NCBI RefSeq assembly: GCF_054482595.1
Contig: NZ_CM137008.1
Strand: one strand, 5' to 3'
Length of the DNA: 64,000 bases
The notes below the pieces were generated by a model. It worked only from the letters and a program-made list of their open reading frames with translations. It ran no database searches and had not been told where the DNA came from. The translations under genes were made by a program, and so were the position numbers. Each line of letters opens with the position of its first letter. Positions within the stretch are counted from its first letter, which is position 1. This document shows, piece after piece, positions 34,869 to 45,991 of this stretch.

Positions 34869-35765
34869 TTATACAAAAAGTGACAAAAAAGATCGGGTTT
34901 GATCACAGTCAGGGATCCCGGCTCGTCCACCGGGACGTGTGCATTTTAACGCCGCTACACCGCTGGCGAAGCGGACTGACTCCGCTAAATCCCCACTTGT
35001 TGCCAGCGCCACCGCCAAAGCGCCGTGAAAAACATCACCCGCACCTGTGGTATCTACCACATCAACTTTGAAGGCCGGTTGATGCTGACGCCCACCATTT
35101 TCCAGCCAGTCGCAGCCTGCGCTACCCTGGGTCACATAGACATGACCATTTGTGAGCGTTTGTGCCTGTTTTAGCGCACTGGCCATCTCTTTCACGCCCG
35201 TTAAGCGCGCCAGACCCGGTTCTGAAAAGGCCGCGTGATCGCTTAATGCCACCAGCTCACTGATATCCTGCGGCGTAATGTCCCCGTCCAGAACGGTCAT
35301 CACACCCGCCTGACGGGCCAGGGTGAAGGCTTTTTTAGCGCCGTCGTGCCAGCGTACATCTGCCAGCACAACATCCCACTGAGAGAAATCAATTTCCTCC
35401 AACCACTCTGCGTCAGGCAGCAGATCCGGGCTGGGGTAGTTAATGATTATCCGCTCGCCTTTGGTATCCACCATGATGGCGGATTGCGAAGATTTCGCCT
35501 GGTTATACCGTTTGGTGTAACGGGTGTTAACGCCCCAGGATTCCAGCTCTGCCAGCAGGCTGTTGCCCGTGTCGTCATCACCTACGCGACCAATAAAATC
35601 GACCTGCGCCCCCAGCCTTGCCGCCGCAACCGCTGCCGTCGCCGCTGGCCCGCCACCAACTTCCGTATAATTTCTCGCCACGTATTTACCGCTCTCCGTC
35701 GGTAACCCTTCCACGTAATAGATGCGATCCATCACGGTTATACCTACACAAGCAACACGAATCAT
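34869..35765 (-). CDS. yihV: Sulfofructose kinase (PfkB/ribokinase family)
   Basis: 298 aa from MIRVACVGITVMDRIYYVEGLP...; GAGD anion-hole motif. Confidence 0.9.
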   Translation of the reverse strand: MIRVACVGITVMDRIYYVEGLPTESGKYVARNYTEVGGGPAATAAVAAARLGAQVDFIGRVGDDDTGNSLLAELESWGVNTRYTKRYNQAKSSQSAIMVDTKGERIIINYPSPDLLPDAEWLEEIDFSQWDVVLADVRWHDGAKKAFTLARQAGVMTVLDGDITPQDISELVALSDHAAFSEPGLARLTGVKEMASALKQAQTLTNGHVYVTQGSAGCDWLENGGRQHQPAFKVDVVDTTGAGDVFHGALAVALATSGDLAESVRFASGVAALKCTRPGGRAGIPDCDQTRSFLSLFV

Positions 35766-35932
35766 GGTCATTCCTTAAACATTTTGGGATGCGTTCATTT
35801 TAATTTCACCAATTGTTTAAAAAGTGACGGCTGTCAATTTTTTGACGATAAATTACAAATACGATCAAAAACAGACAAGCAAAGCATGTCATAAATGACA
35901 AAAAGTGACATCACTGTATTCAGGAGAGGGTT
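35766..35932. promoter_or_regulatory. Divergent yihV / yihUTS promoter region with repeated AAAAGTGAC motifs
   Basis: AAAAGTGAC at 35820..35830 and 35901..35910 (third copy at 34876..34884 upstream of yihW); consistent with operators of the DeoR-type regulator. Confidence 0.5.
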
Positions 35933-36829
35933 ATGGCAGCAATCGCGTTTATCGGTTTAGGACAAATGGGTTCGCCAATGGCGAGCAATTTATTGCAGCA
36001 AGGGCATCAACTTCGCGTCTTTGATGTGAACGCCGAAGCTGTGCGGCATCTGGTAGACAAAGGTGCGACTCCCGCCGCCAACCCGGCGCAGGCCGCTAAA
36101 GATGCCGAATTTATCATTACCATGTTGCCGAATGGCGATCTGGTGCGCAACGTGTTGTTCGGTGAAAACGGCGTTTGCGAAGGCTTATCTACCGATGCGC
36201 TGGTCATTGATATGTCCACCATCCATCCGCTGCAAACCGATAAATTGATTGCCGATATGCAAGCCAAAGGCTTCAGCATGATGGATGTTCCGGTAGGCCG
36301 TACTTCTGCAAATGCCATTACCGGTACTCTGTTACTGCTGGCTGGCGGCACCGCTGAACAAGTTGAACGTGCCACACCGATCCTGATGGCGATGGGCAGT
36401 GAGTTGATCAACTCTGGCGGTCCGGGCATGGGGATCCGCGTTAAGCTCATCAACAACTACATGAGCATCGCGCTCAATGCGCTTTCGGCAGAAGCCGCCG
36501 TTTTGTGCGAAGCCCTGAATCTTCCCTTCGATGTTGCCGTCAAAGTGATGAGCGGTACCGCCGCCGGTAAAGGTCACTTCACCACTTCCTGGCCAAACAA
36601 AGTCCTCAGCGGAGATCTTTCTCCCGCCTTCATGATCGATCTTGCCCATAAGGATCTTGGCATCGCCCTTGATGTCGCCAACCAGCTGCATGTGCCAATG
36701 CCGCTGGGGGCCGCCTCACGGGAGGTTTATAGCCAGGCGCGCGCAGCGGGTCGCGGTCGCCAGGACTGGTCCGCCATTCTGGAACAGGTCCGTGTCAGTG
36801 CCGGGATGACTGCCAAAGTAAAAATGTAA
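35933..36829 (+). CDS. yihU: 3-sulfolactaldehyde reductase (beta-hydroxyacid dehydrogenase family)
   Basis: 298 aa; N-terminal Rossmann motif [14 protein letters not shown]. Confidence 0.92.
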   Translation: MAAIAFIGLGQMGSPMASNLLQQGHQLRVFDVNAEAVRHLVDKGATPAANPAQAAKDAEFIITMLPNGDLVRNVLFGENGVCEGLSTDALVIDMSTIHPLQTDKLIADMQAKGFSMMDVPVGRTSANAITGTLLLLAGGTAEQVERATPILMAMGSELINSGGPGMGIRVKLINNYMSIALNALSAEAAVLCEALNLPFDVAVKVMSGTAAGKGHFTTSWPNKVLSGDLSPAFMIDLAHKDLGIALDVANQLHVPMPLGAASREVYSQARAAGRGRQDWSAILEQVRVSAGMTAKVKM

Positions 36830-36852
36830 CGACTGGATAAAGGAATAAATGA

Positions 36853-37731
36853 ATGAATAAGTACACCATCAACGACATTACGCGCGCATCGGGCGGTTTT
36901 GCCATGCTGGCGGTCGATCAGCGCGAAGCCATGCGCATGATGTTTGCCGCGGCTGGGGCACCCGCTCCGGTAGCCGATAGCGTTTTAACTGATTTCAAAG
37001 TTAACGCTGCAAAGGCCCTCTCGCCTTATGCCTCGGCGATTCTGGTAGATCAACAATTCTGCTACCGCCAGGTGGTTGAGCAAAACGCGATTGCCAAAAG
37101 TTGCGCCATGATTGTCGCCGCCGATGAGTTCATTCCTGGCAACGGTATTCCGGTCGATAGCGTGGTTATTGACCGCAAAATCAATCCGCTACAGATCAAA
37201 CAAGACGGTGGCAAAGCCTTAAAACTGCTGGTGCTGTGGCGTAGTGATGAAGATGCGCAGCAACGTCTGGATATGGTGAAAGAGTTCAACGAACTGTGCC
37301 ACTCACACGGTCTGGTAAGCATCATTGAGCCAGTCGTCCGCCCACCGCGTCGTGGCGATAAATTCGATCGCGAACAAGCGATCATCGATGCCGCCAAAGA
37401 GCTGGGCGACAGTGGCGCTGACCTCTACAAAGTTGAAATGCCGCTTTATGGCAAAGGTCCGCAACAAGAGCTTCTCTGTGCTTCACAACGTCTGAATGAC
37501 CATATCAATATGCCATGGGTGATCCTCTCTTCCGGTGTCGACGAAAAACTGTTCCCGCGTGCCGTACGCGTGGCAATGACGGCGGGCGCATCGGGATTCC
37601 TGGCAGGCCGTGCAGTCTGGGCATCGGTCGTCGGTTTACCAGACAACGAGCTGATGCTGCGTGACGTTTGCGCACCGAAATTACAACAACTTGGCGATAT
37701 CGTCGACGAAATGATGGCTAAACGCCGCTAA
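36853..37731 (+). CDS. yihT: 6-deoxy-6-sulfofructose-1-phosphate aldolase
   Basis: 292 aa; class I aldolase family. Confidence 0.9.
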   Translation: MNKYTINDITRASGGFAMLAVDQREAMRMMFAAAGAPAPVADSVLTDFKVNAAKALSPYASAILVDQQFCYRQVVEQNAIAKSCAMIVAADEFIPGNGIPVDSVVIDRKINPLQIKQDGGKALKLLVLWRSDEDAQQRLDMVKEFNELCHSHGLVSIIEPVVRPPRRGDKFDREQAIIDAAKELGDSGADLYKVEMPLYGKGPQQELLCASQRLNDHINMPWVILSSGVDEKLFPRAVRVAMTAGASGFLAGRAVWASVVGLPDNELMLRDVCAPKLQQLGDIVDEMMAKRR

Positions 37732-37747
37732 GATGAGGATAAAAGGA

Positions 37748-38989
37748 ATGAAATGGTTTAACACCCTAAGCCACAACCGTTGGCTGGAACAGGAAACCGA
37801 CCGCATCTTTGATTTTGGTAAAAATTCAGTAGTGCCGACTGGTTTTGGCTGGTTAGGCAATAAAGGGCAAATCAAAGAAGAGATGGGCACCCATCTGTGG
37901 ATCACCGCTCGTATGTTACACGTTTATTCCGTTGCTGCGGCGATGGGTCGACCTGGCGCTTACTCGTTGGTTGATCACGGTATCAAAGCCATGAACGGCG
38001 CACTGCGTGATAAAAAATATGGCGGCTGGTATGCCTGCGTGAATGACGAGGGCGTGGTGGATGCCTCCAAACAGGGCTATCAACACTTCTTTGCTCTGCT
38101 GGGTGCCGCCAGCGCCGTCACAACGGGTCACCCGGAAGCGCGCAAGCTGCTCGATTACACCATTGAAATTATCGAGAAATATTTCTGGAGCGAAGAAGAG
38201 CAGATGTGCCTGGAATCCTGGGACGAAGCCTTCAGCAAAACCGAAGAGTACCGCGGCGGCAATGCCAATATGCACGCGGTGGAAGCTTTCTTGATTGTTT
38301 ATGACGTCACTCACGACAAAAAATGGCTGGATCGCGCGATTCGCGTGGCTTCCGTGATTATCCACGACGTCGCCAGAAATAATCATTATCGCGTTAACGA
38401 ACACTTCGATACCCAGTGGAATCCGCTGCCGGATTACAACAAAGATAACCCGGCGCATCGCTTCCGCGCGTTCGGAGGTACACCAGGCCACTGGATCGAA
38501 TGGGGCCGTTTAATGCTGCACATCCATGCTGCCCTGGAAGCCCGTTGCGAACAACCACCAGCATGGCTGCTAGAAGATGCCAAAGGTCTGTTTAACGCCA
38601 CCGTGCGCGATGCCTGGGCACCCGATGGCGCGGACGGGATTGTTTATACCGTTGACTGGGAAGGAAAACCGGTGGTCCGCGAACGTGTACGTTGGCCTAT
38701 CGTCGAAGCAATGGGTACGGCCTACGCGCTCTACACCGTCACTGGCGATCGCCAGTATGAAACCTGGTATCAAACATGGTGGGAGTACTGCATTAAGTAC
38801 CTGATGGACTATGAAAATGGTTCCTGGTGGCAGGAGCTGGATGCGGACAATAAGGTCACCACCAAAGTCTGGGACGGCAAACAGGATATTTATCACCTGC
38901 TGCATTGCCTGGTGATCCCGCGTATCCCGTTAGCGCCCGGCATGGCTCCAGCGGTTGCAGCGGGTCTGCTGGATATTAATGCGAAATAA
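37748..38989 (+). CDS. yihS: Sulfoquinovose isomerase (AGE family)
   Basis: 413 aa from [24 protein letters not shown]... Confidence 0.9.
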   Translation: MKWFNTLSHNRWLEQETDRIFDFGKNSVVPTGFGWLGNKGQIKEEMGTHLWITARMLHVYSVAAAMGRPGAYSLVDHGIKAMNGALRDKKYGGWYACVNDEGVVDASKQGYQHFFALLGAASAVTTGHPEARKLLDYTIEIIEKYFWSEEEQMCLESWDEAFSKTEEYRGGNANMHAVEAFLIVYDVTHDKKWLDRAIRVASVIIHDVARNNHYRVNEHFDTQWNPLPDYNKDNPAHRFRAFGGTPGHWIEWGRLMLHIHAALEARCEQPPAWLLEDAKGLFNATVRDAWAPDGADGIVYTVDWEGKPVVRERVRWPIVEAMGTAYALYTVTGDRQYETWYQTWWEYCIKYLMDYENGSWWQELDADNKVTTKVWDGKQDIYHLLHCLVIPRIPLAPGMAPAVAAGLLDINAK

Positions 38990-39003
38990 CTGATCTGAAA
39001 ATA

Positions 39004-39070
39004 GGGTGCGGGTTTTCCCCTCACCCTAACCCTCTCCCCAAAGGGGCGAGGGGACCGTCCGGTGCAGTTT
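39004..39070. repeat. GC-rich imperfect-palindrome intergenic repeat
   Basis: TGCGGGTTTTCCCCTCACCCTAACCCTCTCCCCAAAGGGGCGAGGGGACCGTCCGGTGCA; resembles a short E. coli intergenic repeat family; exact family not verifiable here. Confidence 0.4.
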
Positions 39071-39102
39071 TTGGGTTTGACATCAGCCTCACGGGAGGCT
39101 GT

Positions 39103-40029
39103 ATGTCGTTAATTAAGGTGCCTTGTATGCAAATCACCAATATGCATTGCAGTGGACAGACCGTTTCACTTGCCGCGGGGGATTATCACGCGACCATTGT
39201 GACCGTCGGTGCTGGTCTGGCTGAATTAACCTTTCAGGGTTGTCATTTAGTCATCCCGCACAAACCCGAAGAGATGCCGCTGGCGCATCTGGGTAAAGTG
39301 CTTATTCCGTGGCCGAACCGGATCGCCAACGGCTGTTACCGCTATCAGGGGCAGGAATATCAGTTACCCATTAATGAACATAGTTCAAAAGCCGCTATTC
39401 ACGGGCTGCTTGCCTGGCGAGACTGGCAAATTAGTGAATTAACCGCCACCAGCGTTACCCTGACAGCTTTTCTGCCGCCCAGTTACGGCTATCCGTTTAT
39501 GCTGGCTTCACAAGTTGTTTATTCGCTCAACGCACACACGGGTCTTTCCGTTGAGATCGCAAGCCAGAATATCGGCACTGTCGCAGCGCCTTATGGCGTG
39601 GGTATTCATCCTTATTTAACCTGCAACTTAACATCTGTTGATGAATATCTGTTCCAGCTTCCGGCAAACCAGGTTTATGCCGTTGATGAACACGTAAATC
39701 CGACAACGCTTCACCACGTTGATGAGCTGGATTTAAATTTCACGCAGGCGAAAACAATAGCCGCGACAAAAATCGACCACACCTTTAAAACCGCTAATGA
39801 TCTGTGGGAAATAACCATTACCCATCCACAACAGGCGCTTTCGGTTAGCCTTTGTTGCGATCAACCCTGGGTACAAATTTATAGCGGTGAAAAATTACAG
39901 CGTCAGGGACTGGCAGTTGAACCTATGAGTTGCCCGCCTAACGCCTTTAATTCAGGTATCGACTTATTATTACTGGAACCAGGAAAACCGCACCGCCTGT
40001 TTTTTAACATTTACGGACAGAGAAAATAA
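39103..40029 (+). CDS. yihR: Aldose-1-epimerase family protein (sulfoquinovose mutarotase)
   Basis: 308 aa; GGGAGG RBS 5 nt upstream of ATG. Confidence 0.88.
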   Translation: MSLIKVPCMQITNMHCSGQTVSLAAGDYHATIVTVGAGLAELTFQGCHLVIPHKPEEMPLAHLGKVLIPWPNRIANGCYRYQGQEYQLPINEHSSKAAIHGLLAWRDWQISELTATSVTLTAFLPPSYGYPFMLASQVVYSLNAHTGLSVEIASQNIGTVAAPYGVGIHPYLTCNLTSVDEYLFQLPANQVYAVDEHVNPTTLHHVDELDLNFTQAKTIAATKIDHTFKTANDLWEITITHPQQALSVSLCCDQPWVQIYSGEKLQRQGLAVEPMSCPPNAFNSGIDLLLLEPGKPHRLFFNIYGQRK

Positions 40030-40227
40030 CTTGTATTGATTAGCAGTCAAAATCATTGAAGAACATTTCACTCGCTAAAGGCAACATTATGTATCTTCAA
40101 TTTATTAAGTTAAAAACAGCTCAGCTTCTGTAAAGTTTTTATATATCAGTTTTATGAGAATCATTTTACATAAGCCTGTAATAACAGGAAGGCAACAATC
40201 TCGTTCTCAACTCTATGGAGATTAGTT

Positions 40228-42264
40228 ATGGATACGCCACGTCCACAGTTATTAGATTTTCAATTTCATCAGAATAACGACAGTTTTACCCTACATTTTC
40301 AACAACGTCTTATTTTAACCCATAGCAAAGATAATCCTTGTTTATGGATTGGCTCAGGTATAGCGGATATCGATATGTTCCGCGGTAATTTCAGCATTAA
40401 AGATAAACTACAGGAGAAAATTGCGCTTACCGACGCCATCGTCAGCCAGTCACCGGATGGTTGGTTAATTCATTTCAGCCGTGGTTCTGACATTAGCGCC
40501 ACGCTGAATATCTCTGCCGACGATCAGGGCCGTTTATTGCTGGAACTACAAAACGACAACCTTAACCACAACCGTATCTGGCTGCGCCTTGCCGCTCAAC
40601 CAGAGGACCATATCTACGGCTGCGGCGAACAGTTTTCCTACTTCGATCTGCGTGGCAAACCGTTCCCGCTATGGACCAGTGAACAAGGCGTTGGTCGCAA
40701 CAAACAAACCTATGTCACCTGGCAGGCCGACTGCAAAGAAAATGCGGGCGGCGACTATTACTGGACTTTCTTCCCACAGCCTACGTTTGTCAGCACGCAG
40801 AAGTATTACTGCCATGTTGATAACAGTTGCTATATGAACTTCGACTTTAGTGCCCCGGAATACCATGAACTGGCGCTGTGGGAAGACAAAGCAACGCTGC
40901 GTTTTGAATGTGCTGACACATACATTTCCCTGCTGGAAAAATTAACCGCCCTGCTGGGACGCCAGCCAGAACTGCCCGACTGGATTTATGACGGAGTAAC
41001 GCTCGGCATTCAGGGCGGGACGGAAGTGTGCCAGAAGAAACTGGACACCATGCGTAACGCGGGCGTGAAGGTCAACGGCATCTGGGCGCAGGACTGGTCC
41101 GGTATTCGTATGACCTCTTTTGGCAAACGCGTGATGTGGAACTGGAAGTGGAACAGCGAAAACTACCCGCAACTGGATTCACGCATTAAGCAGTGGAATC
41201 AGGAGGGCGTGCAGTTCCTGGCCTATATCAACCCGTATGTTGCCAGCGATAAAGATCTCTGCGAAGAAGCGGCACAACACGGCTATCTGGCAAAAGATGC
41301 CTCTGGCGGTGACTATCTGGTGGAGTTTGGCGAGTTTTACGGCGGCGTTGTCGATCTCACTAATCCAGAAGCCTACGCCTGGTTCAAGGAAGTGATCAAA
41401 AAGAACATGATTGAACTCGGCTGCGGCGGCTGGATGGCTGACTTCGGCGAGTATCTGCCCACCGACACGTACCTGCATAACGGCGTCAGTGCCGAAATTA
41501 TGCATAACGCCTGGCCTGCGCTGTGGGCGAAGTGTAACTACGAAGCCCTTGAAGAAACGGGCAAGCTCGGCGAGATCCTTTTCTTTATGCGCGCCGGTTC
41601 TACCGGTAGCCAGAAATACTCCACCATGATGTGGGCGGGCGACCAGAACGTCGACTGGAGTCTCGACGATGGCCTGGCGTCGGTTGTCCCGGCGGCGCTG
41701 TCGCTGGCAATGACCGGACATGGCCTGCACCACAGCGACATTGGCGGTTACACCACCCTGTTTGAGATGAAGCGCAGCAAAGAGCTGCTGCTGCGCTGGT
41801 GCGATTTCAGCGCCTTCACGCCGATGATGCGCACCCACGAAGGTAACCGTCCTGGCGACAACTGGCAGTTTGACGGCGACGCAGAAACTATCGCCCATTT
41901 TGCCCGTATGACCTCCGTCTTCACCACCCTGAAACCTTACCTGAAAGAGGCTGTCGCGCTGAATGCGAAGTCCGGCCTGCCGGTTATGCGCCCGCTGTTC
42001 CTGCATTACGAAGACGATGCGCACACTTACACCCTGAAATATCAGTACCTGTTAGGTCGCGACATTCTGGTCGCTCCGGTGCATGAAGAAGGCCGTAGCG
42101 ACTGGACGCTCTATCTGCCGGAGGATAACTGGGTCCACGCCTGGACGGGTGAAGCGTTCCGGGGCGGGGAAGTTACCGTTAATGCGCCCATCGGCAAGCC
42201 GCCGGTCTTTTATCGCGCCGATAGCGAATGGGCGGCACTGTTCGCGTCGTTAAAAAGCATCTAA
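40228..42264 (+). CDS. yihQ: Sulfoquinovosidase (GH31 alpha-glucosidase family)
   Basis: 678 aa; GH31 catalytic region (WADFGEY, GGYTT). Confidence 0.92.
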   Translation: MDTPRPQLLDFQFHQNNDSFTLHFQQRLILTHSKDNPCLWIGSGIADIDMFRGNFSIKDKLQEKIALTDAIVSQSPDGWLIHFSRGSDISATLNISADDQGRLLLELQNDNLNHNRIWLRLAAQPEDHIYGCGEQFSYFDLRGKPFPLWTSEQGVGRNKQTYVTWQADCKENAGGDYYWTFFPQPTFVSTQKYYCHVDNSCYMNFDFSAPEYHELALWEDKATLRFECADTYISLLEKLTALLGRQPELPDWIYDGVTLGIQGGTEVCQKKLDTMRNAGVKVNGIWAQDWSGIRMTSFGKRVMWNWKWNSENYPQLDSRIKQWNQEGVQFLAYINPYVASDKDLCEEAAQHGYLAKDASGGDYLVEFGEFYGGVVDLTNPEAYAWFKEVIKKNMIELGCGGWMADFGEYLPTDTYLHNGVSAEIMHNAWPALWAKCNYEALEETGKLGEILFFMRAGSTGSQKYSTMMWAGDQNVDWSLDDGLASVVPAALSLAMTGHGLHHSDIGGYTTLFEMKRSKELLLRWCDFSAFTPMMRTHEGNRPGDNWQFDGDAETIAHFARMTSVFTTLKPYLKEAVALNAKSGLPVMRPLFLHYEDDAHTYTLKYQYLLGRDILVAPVHEEGRSDWTLYLPEDNWVHAWTGEAFRGGEVTVNAPIGKPPVFYRADSEWAALFASLKSI

Positions 42265-42309
42265 TCACATCCGCCCGTGGGGAAACTCATGGGCAAAGGG
42301 AGAACATCG

Positions 42310-43695
42310 ATGAGTCACATCACAACGGAAGATCCAGCAACTTTACGCCTGCCCTTTAAAGAGAAACTCTCTTACGGTATTGGCGACCTGGCCTCTAACA
42401 TCCTGCTGGATATCGGTACGCTTTATCTTTTGAAGTTTTATACCGACGTTCTGGGGCTGCCAGGCACCTATGGCGGCATTATCTTTTTGATTTCAAAATT
42501 CTTTACTGCGTTTACCGATATGGGTACCGGCATTATGTTGGATTCCCGACGCAAGATCGGTCCAAAAGGTAAGTTCCGTCCTTTTATTCTGTATGCGTCA
42601 TTCCCGGTCACCTTACTGGCGATCGCCAACTTTGTCGGCACACCGTTTGATGTCACCGGTAAAACGGTGATGGCCACTATTCTGTTTATGCTTTACGGAC
42701 TGTTTTTCAGCATGATGAACTGCTCCTACGGCGCAATGGTTCCCGCTATCACCAAAAACCCCAACGAACGCGCCTCACTGGCGGCATGGCGTCAGGGCGG
42801 CGCTACGCTGGGCCTGCTGCTGTGCACGGTGGGATTCGTGCCAGTGATGAATCTTATCGAGGGTAATCAGCAACTTGGCTATATCTTCGCCGCCACGCTG
42901 TTTTCACTGTTCGGCCTGCTGTTTATGTGGATCTGCTACTCAGGCGTGAAAGAGCGTTATGTCGAAACCCAACCAACCAATCCGGCGCAAAAGCCTGGCC
43001 TATTGCAATCTTTCCGCGCAATTGCCGGTAACCGCCCACTGTTCATTCTGTGTATTGCCAACCTCTGCACCTTAGGGGCGTTTAACGTCAAGCTCGCCAT
43101 TCAGGTCTATTACACCCAGTACGTACTTAACGATCCCATCCTGTTGTCGTATATGGGATTTTTCAGCATGGGCTGTATTTTCATCGGCGTGTTCCTGATG
43201 CCTGGCGCAGTCAGACGTTTTGGTAAGAAGAAGGTCTATATCGGCGGCCTGCTGATTTGGGTGCTGGGCGATCTGCTCAACTATTTCTTCGGCGGCGGCT
43301 CGGTCAGCTTTGTGGCGTTCTCCTGCCTGGCGTTCTTCGGCTCAGCGTTTGTTAACAGCCTGAACTGGGCGCTGGTTTCCGACACCGTCGAGTACGGCGA
43401 GTGGCGCACCGGCGTGCGTTCGGAAGGCACGGTCTACACCGGCTTCACCTTCTTTCGCAAAGTGTCTCAGGCGCTGGCTGGTTTCTTCCCCGGCTGGATG
43501 CTGACGCAAATTGGCTATGTGCCGAACGTCGCACAGGCTGACCACACCATTGAAGGGTTACGCCAGTTGATCTTCATCTACCCAAGCGCACTGGCGGTAG
43601 TCACCATTGTGGCGATGGGTTGCTTCTACAGCCTGAACGAGAAGATGTATGTCCGCATTGTGGAAGAGATAGAAGCCCGTAAACGCACGGCGTAA
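42310..43695 (+). CDS. yihP: GPH-family sugar:cation symporter
   Basis: Start set at MSHITTEDPATLRL... (ORF opens at 42277); about 45 percent identical to adjacent yihO, so tandem paralogs. Confidence 0.85.
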   Translation: MSHITTEDPATLRLPFKEKLSYGIGDLASNILLDIGTLYLLKFYTDVLGLPGTYGGIIFLISKFFTAFTDMGTGIMLDSRRKIGPKGKFRPFILYASFPVTLLAIANFVGTPFDVTGKTVMATILFMLYGLFFSMMNCSYGAMVPAITKNPNERASLAAWRQGGATLGLLLCTVGFVPVMNLIEGNQQLGYIFAATLFSLFGLLFMWICYSGVKERYVETQPTNPAQKPGLLQSFRAIAGNRPLFILCIANLCTLGAFNVKLAIQVYYTQYVLNDPILLSYMGFFSMGCIFIGVFLMPGAVRRFGKKKVYIGGLLIWVLGDLLNYFFGGGSVSFVAFSCLAFFGSAFVNSLNWALVSDTVEYGEWRTGVRSEGTVYTGFTFFRKVSQALAGFFPGWMLTQIGYVPNVAQADHTIEGLRQLIFIYPSALAVVTIVAMGCFYSLNEKMYVRIVEEIEARKRTA

Positions 43696-43737
43696 TAATA
43701 ATAAACGACGCCCTGCGGGGCGTTATAAGGAGTGATT

Positions 43738-45141
43738 ATGTCTGACCATAATCCACTGACATTAAAACTGAATCTGCGGGAAAAAATCGCCTATGGTATG
43801 GGCGACGTCGGTTCGAATTTAATGCTCTGCATCGGTACTCTGTATCTCCTCAAATTTTATACCGATGAATTAGGGATGCCTGCTTACTATGGCGGGATTA
43901 TCTTTCTGGTGGCGAAGTTTTTTACCGCGTTTACCGATATGCTCACCGGATTTTTACTCGACTCGCGGAAAAATATTGGGCCTAAAGGCAAATTTCGTCC
44001 CTTTATTTTATATGCAGCAGTTCCGGCGGCGTTAATTGCAACGCTCCAGTTTATCGCCACCACCTTTTGTTTGCCGGTTAAAACGACGATTGCCACCGCG
44101 CTGTTTATGATGTTTGGACTTTCATACAGTCTGATGAACTGCTCGTATGGTGCGATGATCCCGGCAATTATCAAAAACCCGAATGAGCGCGCGCAGCTCG
44201 CGGCTTACCGCCAGGGTGGTGCAACCATAGGGCTATTGATTTGTACCGTGGCGTTTATTCCGTTGCAGTCGCTTTTTTCTGACTCAACCGTCGGTTATGC
44301 CTGTGCGGCACTTATGTTCTCCATTGGCGGCTTTATTTTTATGATGCTGTGCTACAGAGGCGTCAAAGAGCATTATGTGGACACAGCGCCAACCGGACAT
44401 AAAGCCAGTATTCTCAAATCTTTTTGCGCGATATTTCGTAATCCACCATTGCTGGTTTTATGCATTGCTAACCTGTGTACTCTGGCGGCATTTAATATCA
44501 AACTGGCGATTCAGGTCTATTACACCCAGTATGTGCTGAATGATATTAATTTATTGTCGTGGATGGGATTCTTCAGTATGGGATGCATCCTCGTCGGCGT
44601 ATTACTGGTGCCAGTAACTGTAAAATGTTTTGGTAAAAAACAGGTTTATTTAGCTGGCATGGTGCTGTGGGCGGTGGGTGATATACTGAATTATTTCTGG
44701 GGAAGTAACTCTTTCACTTTCGTCATGTTCTCTTGTGTCGCCTTTTTTGGCACGGCCTTTGTAAACAGCCTGAACTGGGCACTGGTACCAGATACCGTAG
44801 ATTACGGTGAATGGAAAACCGGTATTCGTGCCGAAGGTTCTGTTTATACCGGTTATACCTTCTTTCGTAAAATTTCTGCCGCACTTGCTGGCTTCTTGCC
44901 AGGCATTATGCTGACGCAAATTGGTTATGTTCCCAACATCGCGCAAAGCGATGCGACATTACAGGGTTTGCGTCAGCTCATTTTTATCTGGCCTTGTGCA
45001 CTGGCAATTATTGCTGCATTGACGATGGGATTCTTTTACACACTCAATGAAAAACGGTTTGCATTGATTATTGAGGAAATCAACCAACGCAAAAATAAAG
45101 AGATGGCGACAGAGGAAAAAACGGCTTCCGTAACGTTATAA
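43738..45141 (+). CDS. yihO: GPH-family sulfoquinovose transporter
   Basis: 467 aa from MSDHNPLTLKLNLREKIAYGMGDVGSN... Confidence 0.88.
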   Translation: MSDHNPLTLKLNLREKIAYGMGDVGSNLMLCIGTLYLLKFYTDELGMPAYYGGIIFLVAKFFTAFTDMLTGFLLDSRKNIGPKGKFRPFILYAAVPAALIATLQFIATTFCLPVKTTIATALFMMFGLSYSLMNCSYGAMIPAIIKNPNERAQLAAYRQGGATIGLLICTVAFIPLQSLFSDSTVGYACAALMFSIGGFIFMMLCYRGVKEHYVDTAPTGHKASILKSFCAIFRNPPLLVLCIANLCTLAAFNIKLAIQVYYTQYVLNDINLLSWMGFFSMGCILVGVLLVPVTVKCFGKKQVYLAGMVLWAVGDILNYFWGSNSFTFVMFSCVAFFGTAFVNSLNWALVPDTVDYGEWKTGIRAEGSVYTGYTFFRKISAALAGFLPGIMLTQIGYVPNIAQSDATLQGLRQLIFIWPCALAIIAALTMGFFYTLNEKRFALIIEEINQRKNKEMATEEKTASVTL

Positions 45142-45208
45142 ATGTCAATAGCCGCTATTTCCATCCTGGTGGGTGGCGGCCTCCCTACGTTTAAAAAATG
45201 GACTTATT

Positions 45209-45901
45209 ATGAAAAAGATTAATGCAATAATTTTATTATCTTCTCTGACCTCTGCCTCGGTATTTGCTGGCGCATACGTCGAAAACAGGGAGGCATATAA
45301 TCTTGCCTCCGATCAGGGCGAGGTTATGCTACGTGTGGGTTATAACTTCGATATGGGCGCGGGTATTATGTTAACCAATACCTACACCTTTCAGCGAGAA
45401 GATGAACTAAAACATGGCTATAATGAAATTGAAGGTTGGTATCCTTTATTCAAACCAACCGATAAATTAACCATCCAGCCCGGTGGCTTAATTAATGATA
45501 AGAGTATCGGTTCGGGTGGTGCAGTGTATCTGGACGTCAACTATAAATTTGTACCATGGTTTAATCTGACAGTACGAAATCGCTATAACCATAATAACTA
45601 TAGTTCAACAGATTTGAGCGGGGAACTGGATAATAATGACACCTATGAAATTGGCACCTACTGGAATTTTAAAATCACCGATAAATTTTCCTATACATTT
45701 GAGCCACATTATTTCATACGCGTAAATGACTTTAATAGCAGCAATGGAAAAGATCATCACTGGGAAATCACTAATACCTTCCGTTATCGCATTAATGAAC
45801 ACTGGCTGCCTTATTTCGAATTACGTTGGTTAGATCGTAATGTCGAACCGTACCACCGCGAGCAAAACCAGATTCGTATCGGGACGAAGTATTTCTTCTG
45901 A
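45209..45901 (+). CDS. ompL: Outer membrane porin L
   Basis: 230 aa from MKKINAIILLSSLTSASVFA (signal peptide); beta-barrel with terminal YFF. Confidence 0.88.
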   Translation: MKKINAIILLSSLTSASVFAGAYVENREAYNLASDQGEVMLRVGYNFDMGAGIMLTNTYTFQREDELKHGYNEIEGWYPLFKPTDKLTIQPGGLINDKSIGSGGAVYLDVNYKFVPWFNLTVRNRYNHNNYSSTDLSGELDNNDTYEIGTYWNFKITDKFSYTFEPHYFIRVNDFNSSNGKDHHWEITNTFRYRINEHWLPYFELRWLDRNVEPYHREQNQIRIGTKYFF

Positions 45902-45910
45902 TGTGAAACT

Positions 45911-45986
<76 letters not shown>

Positions 45987-45991
45987 ATTAA

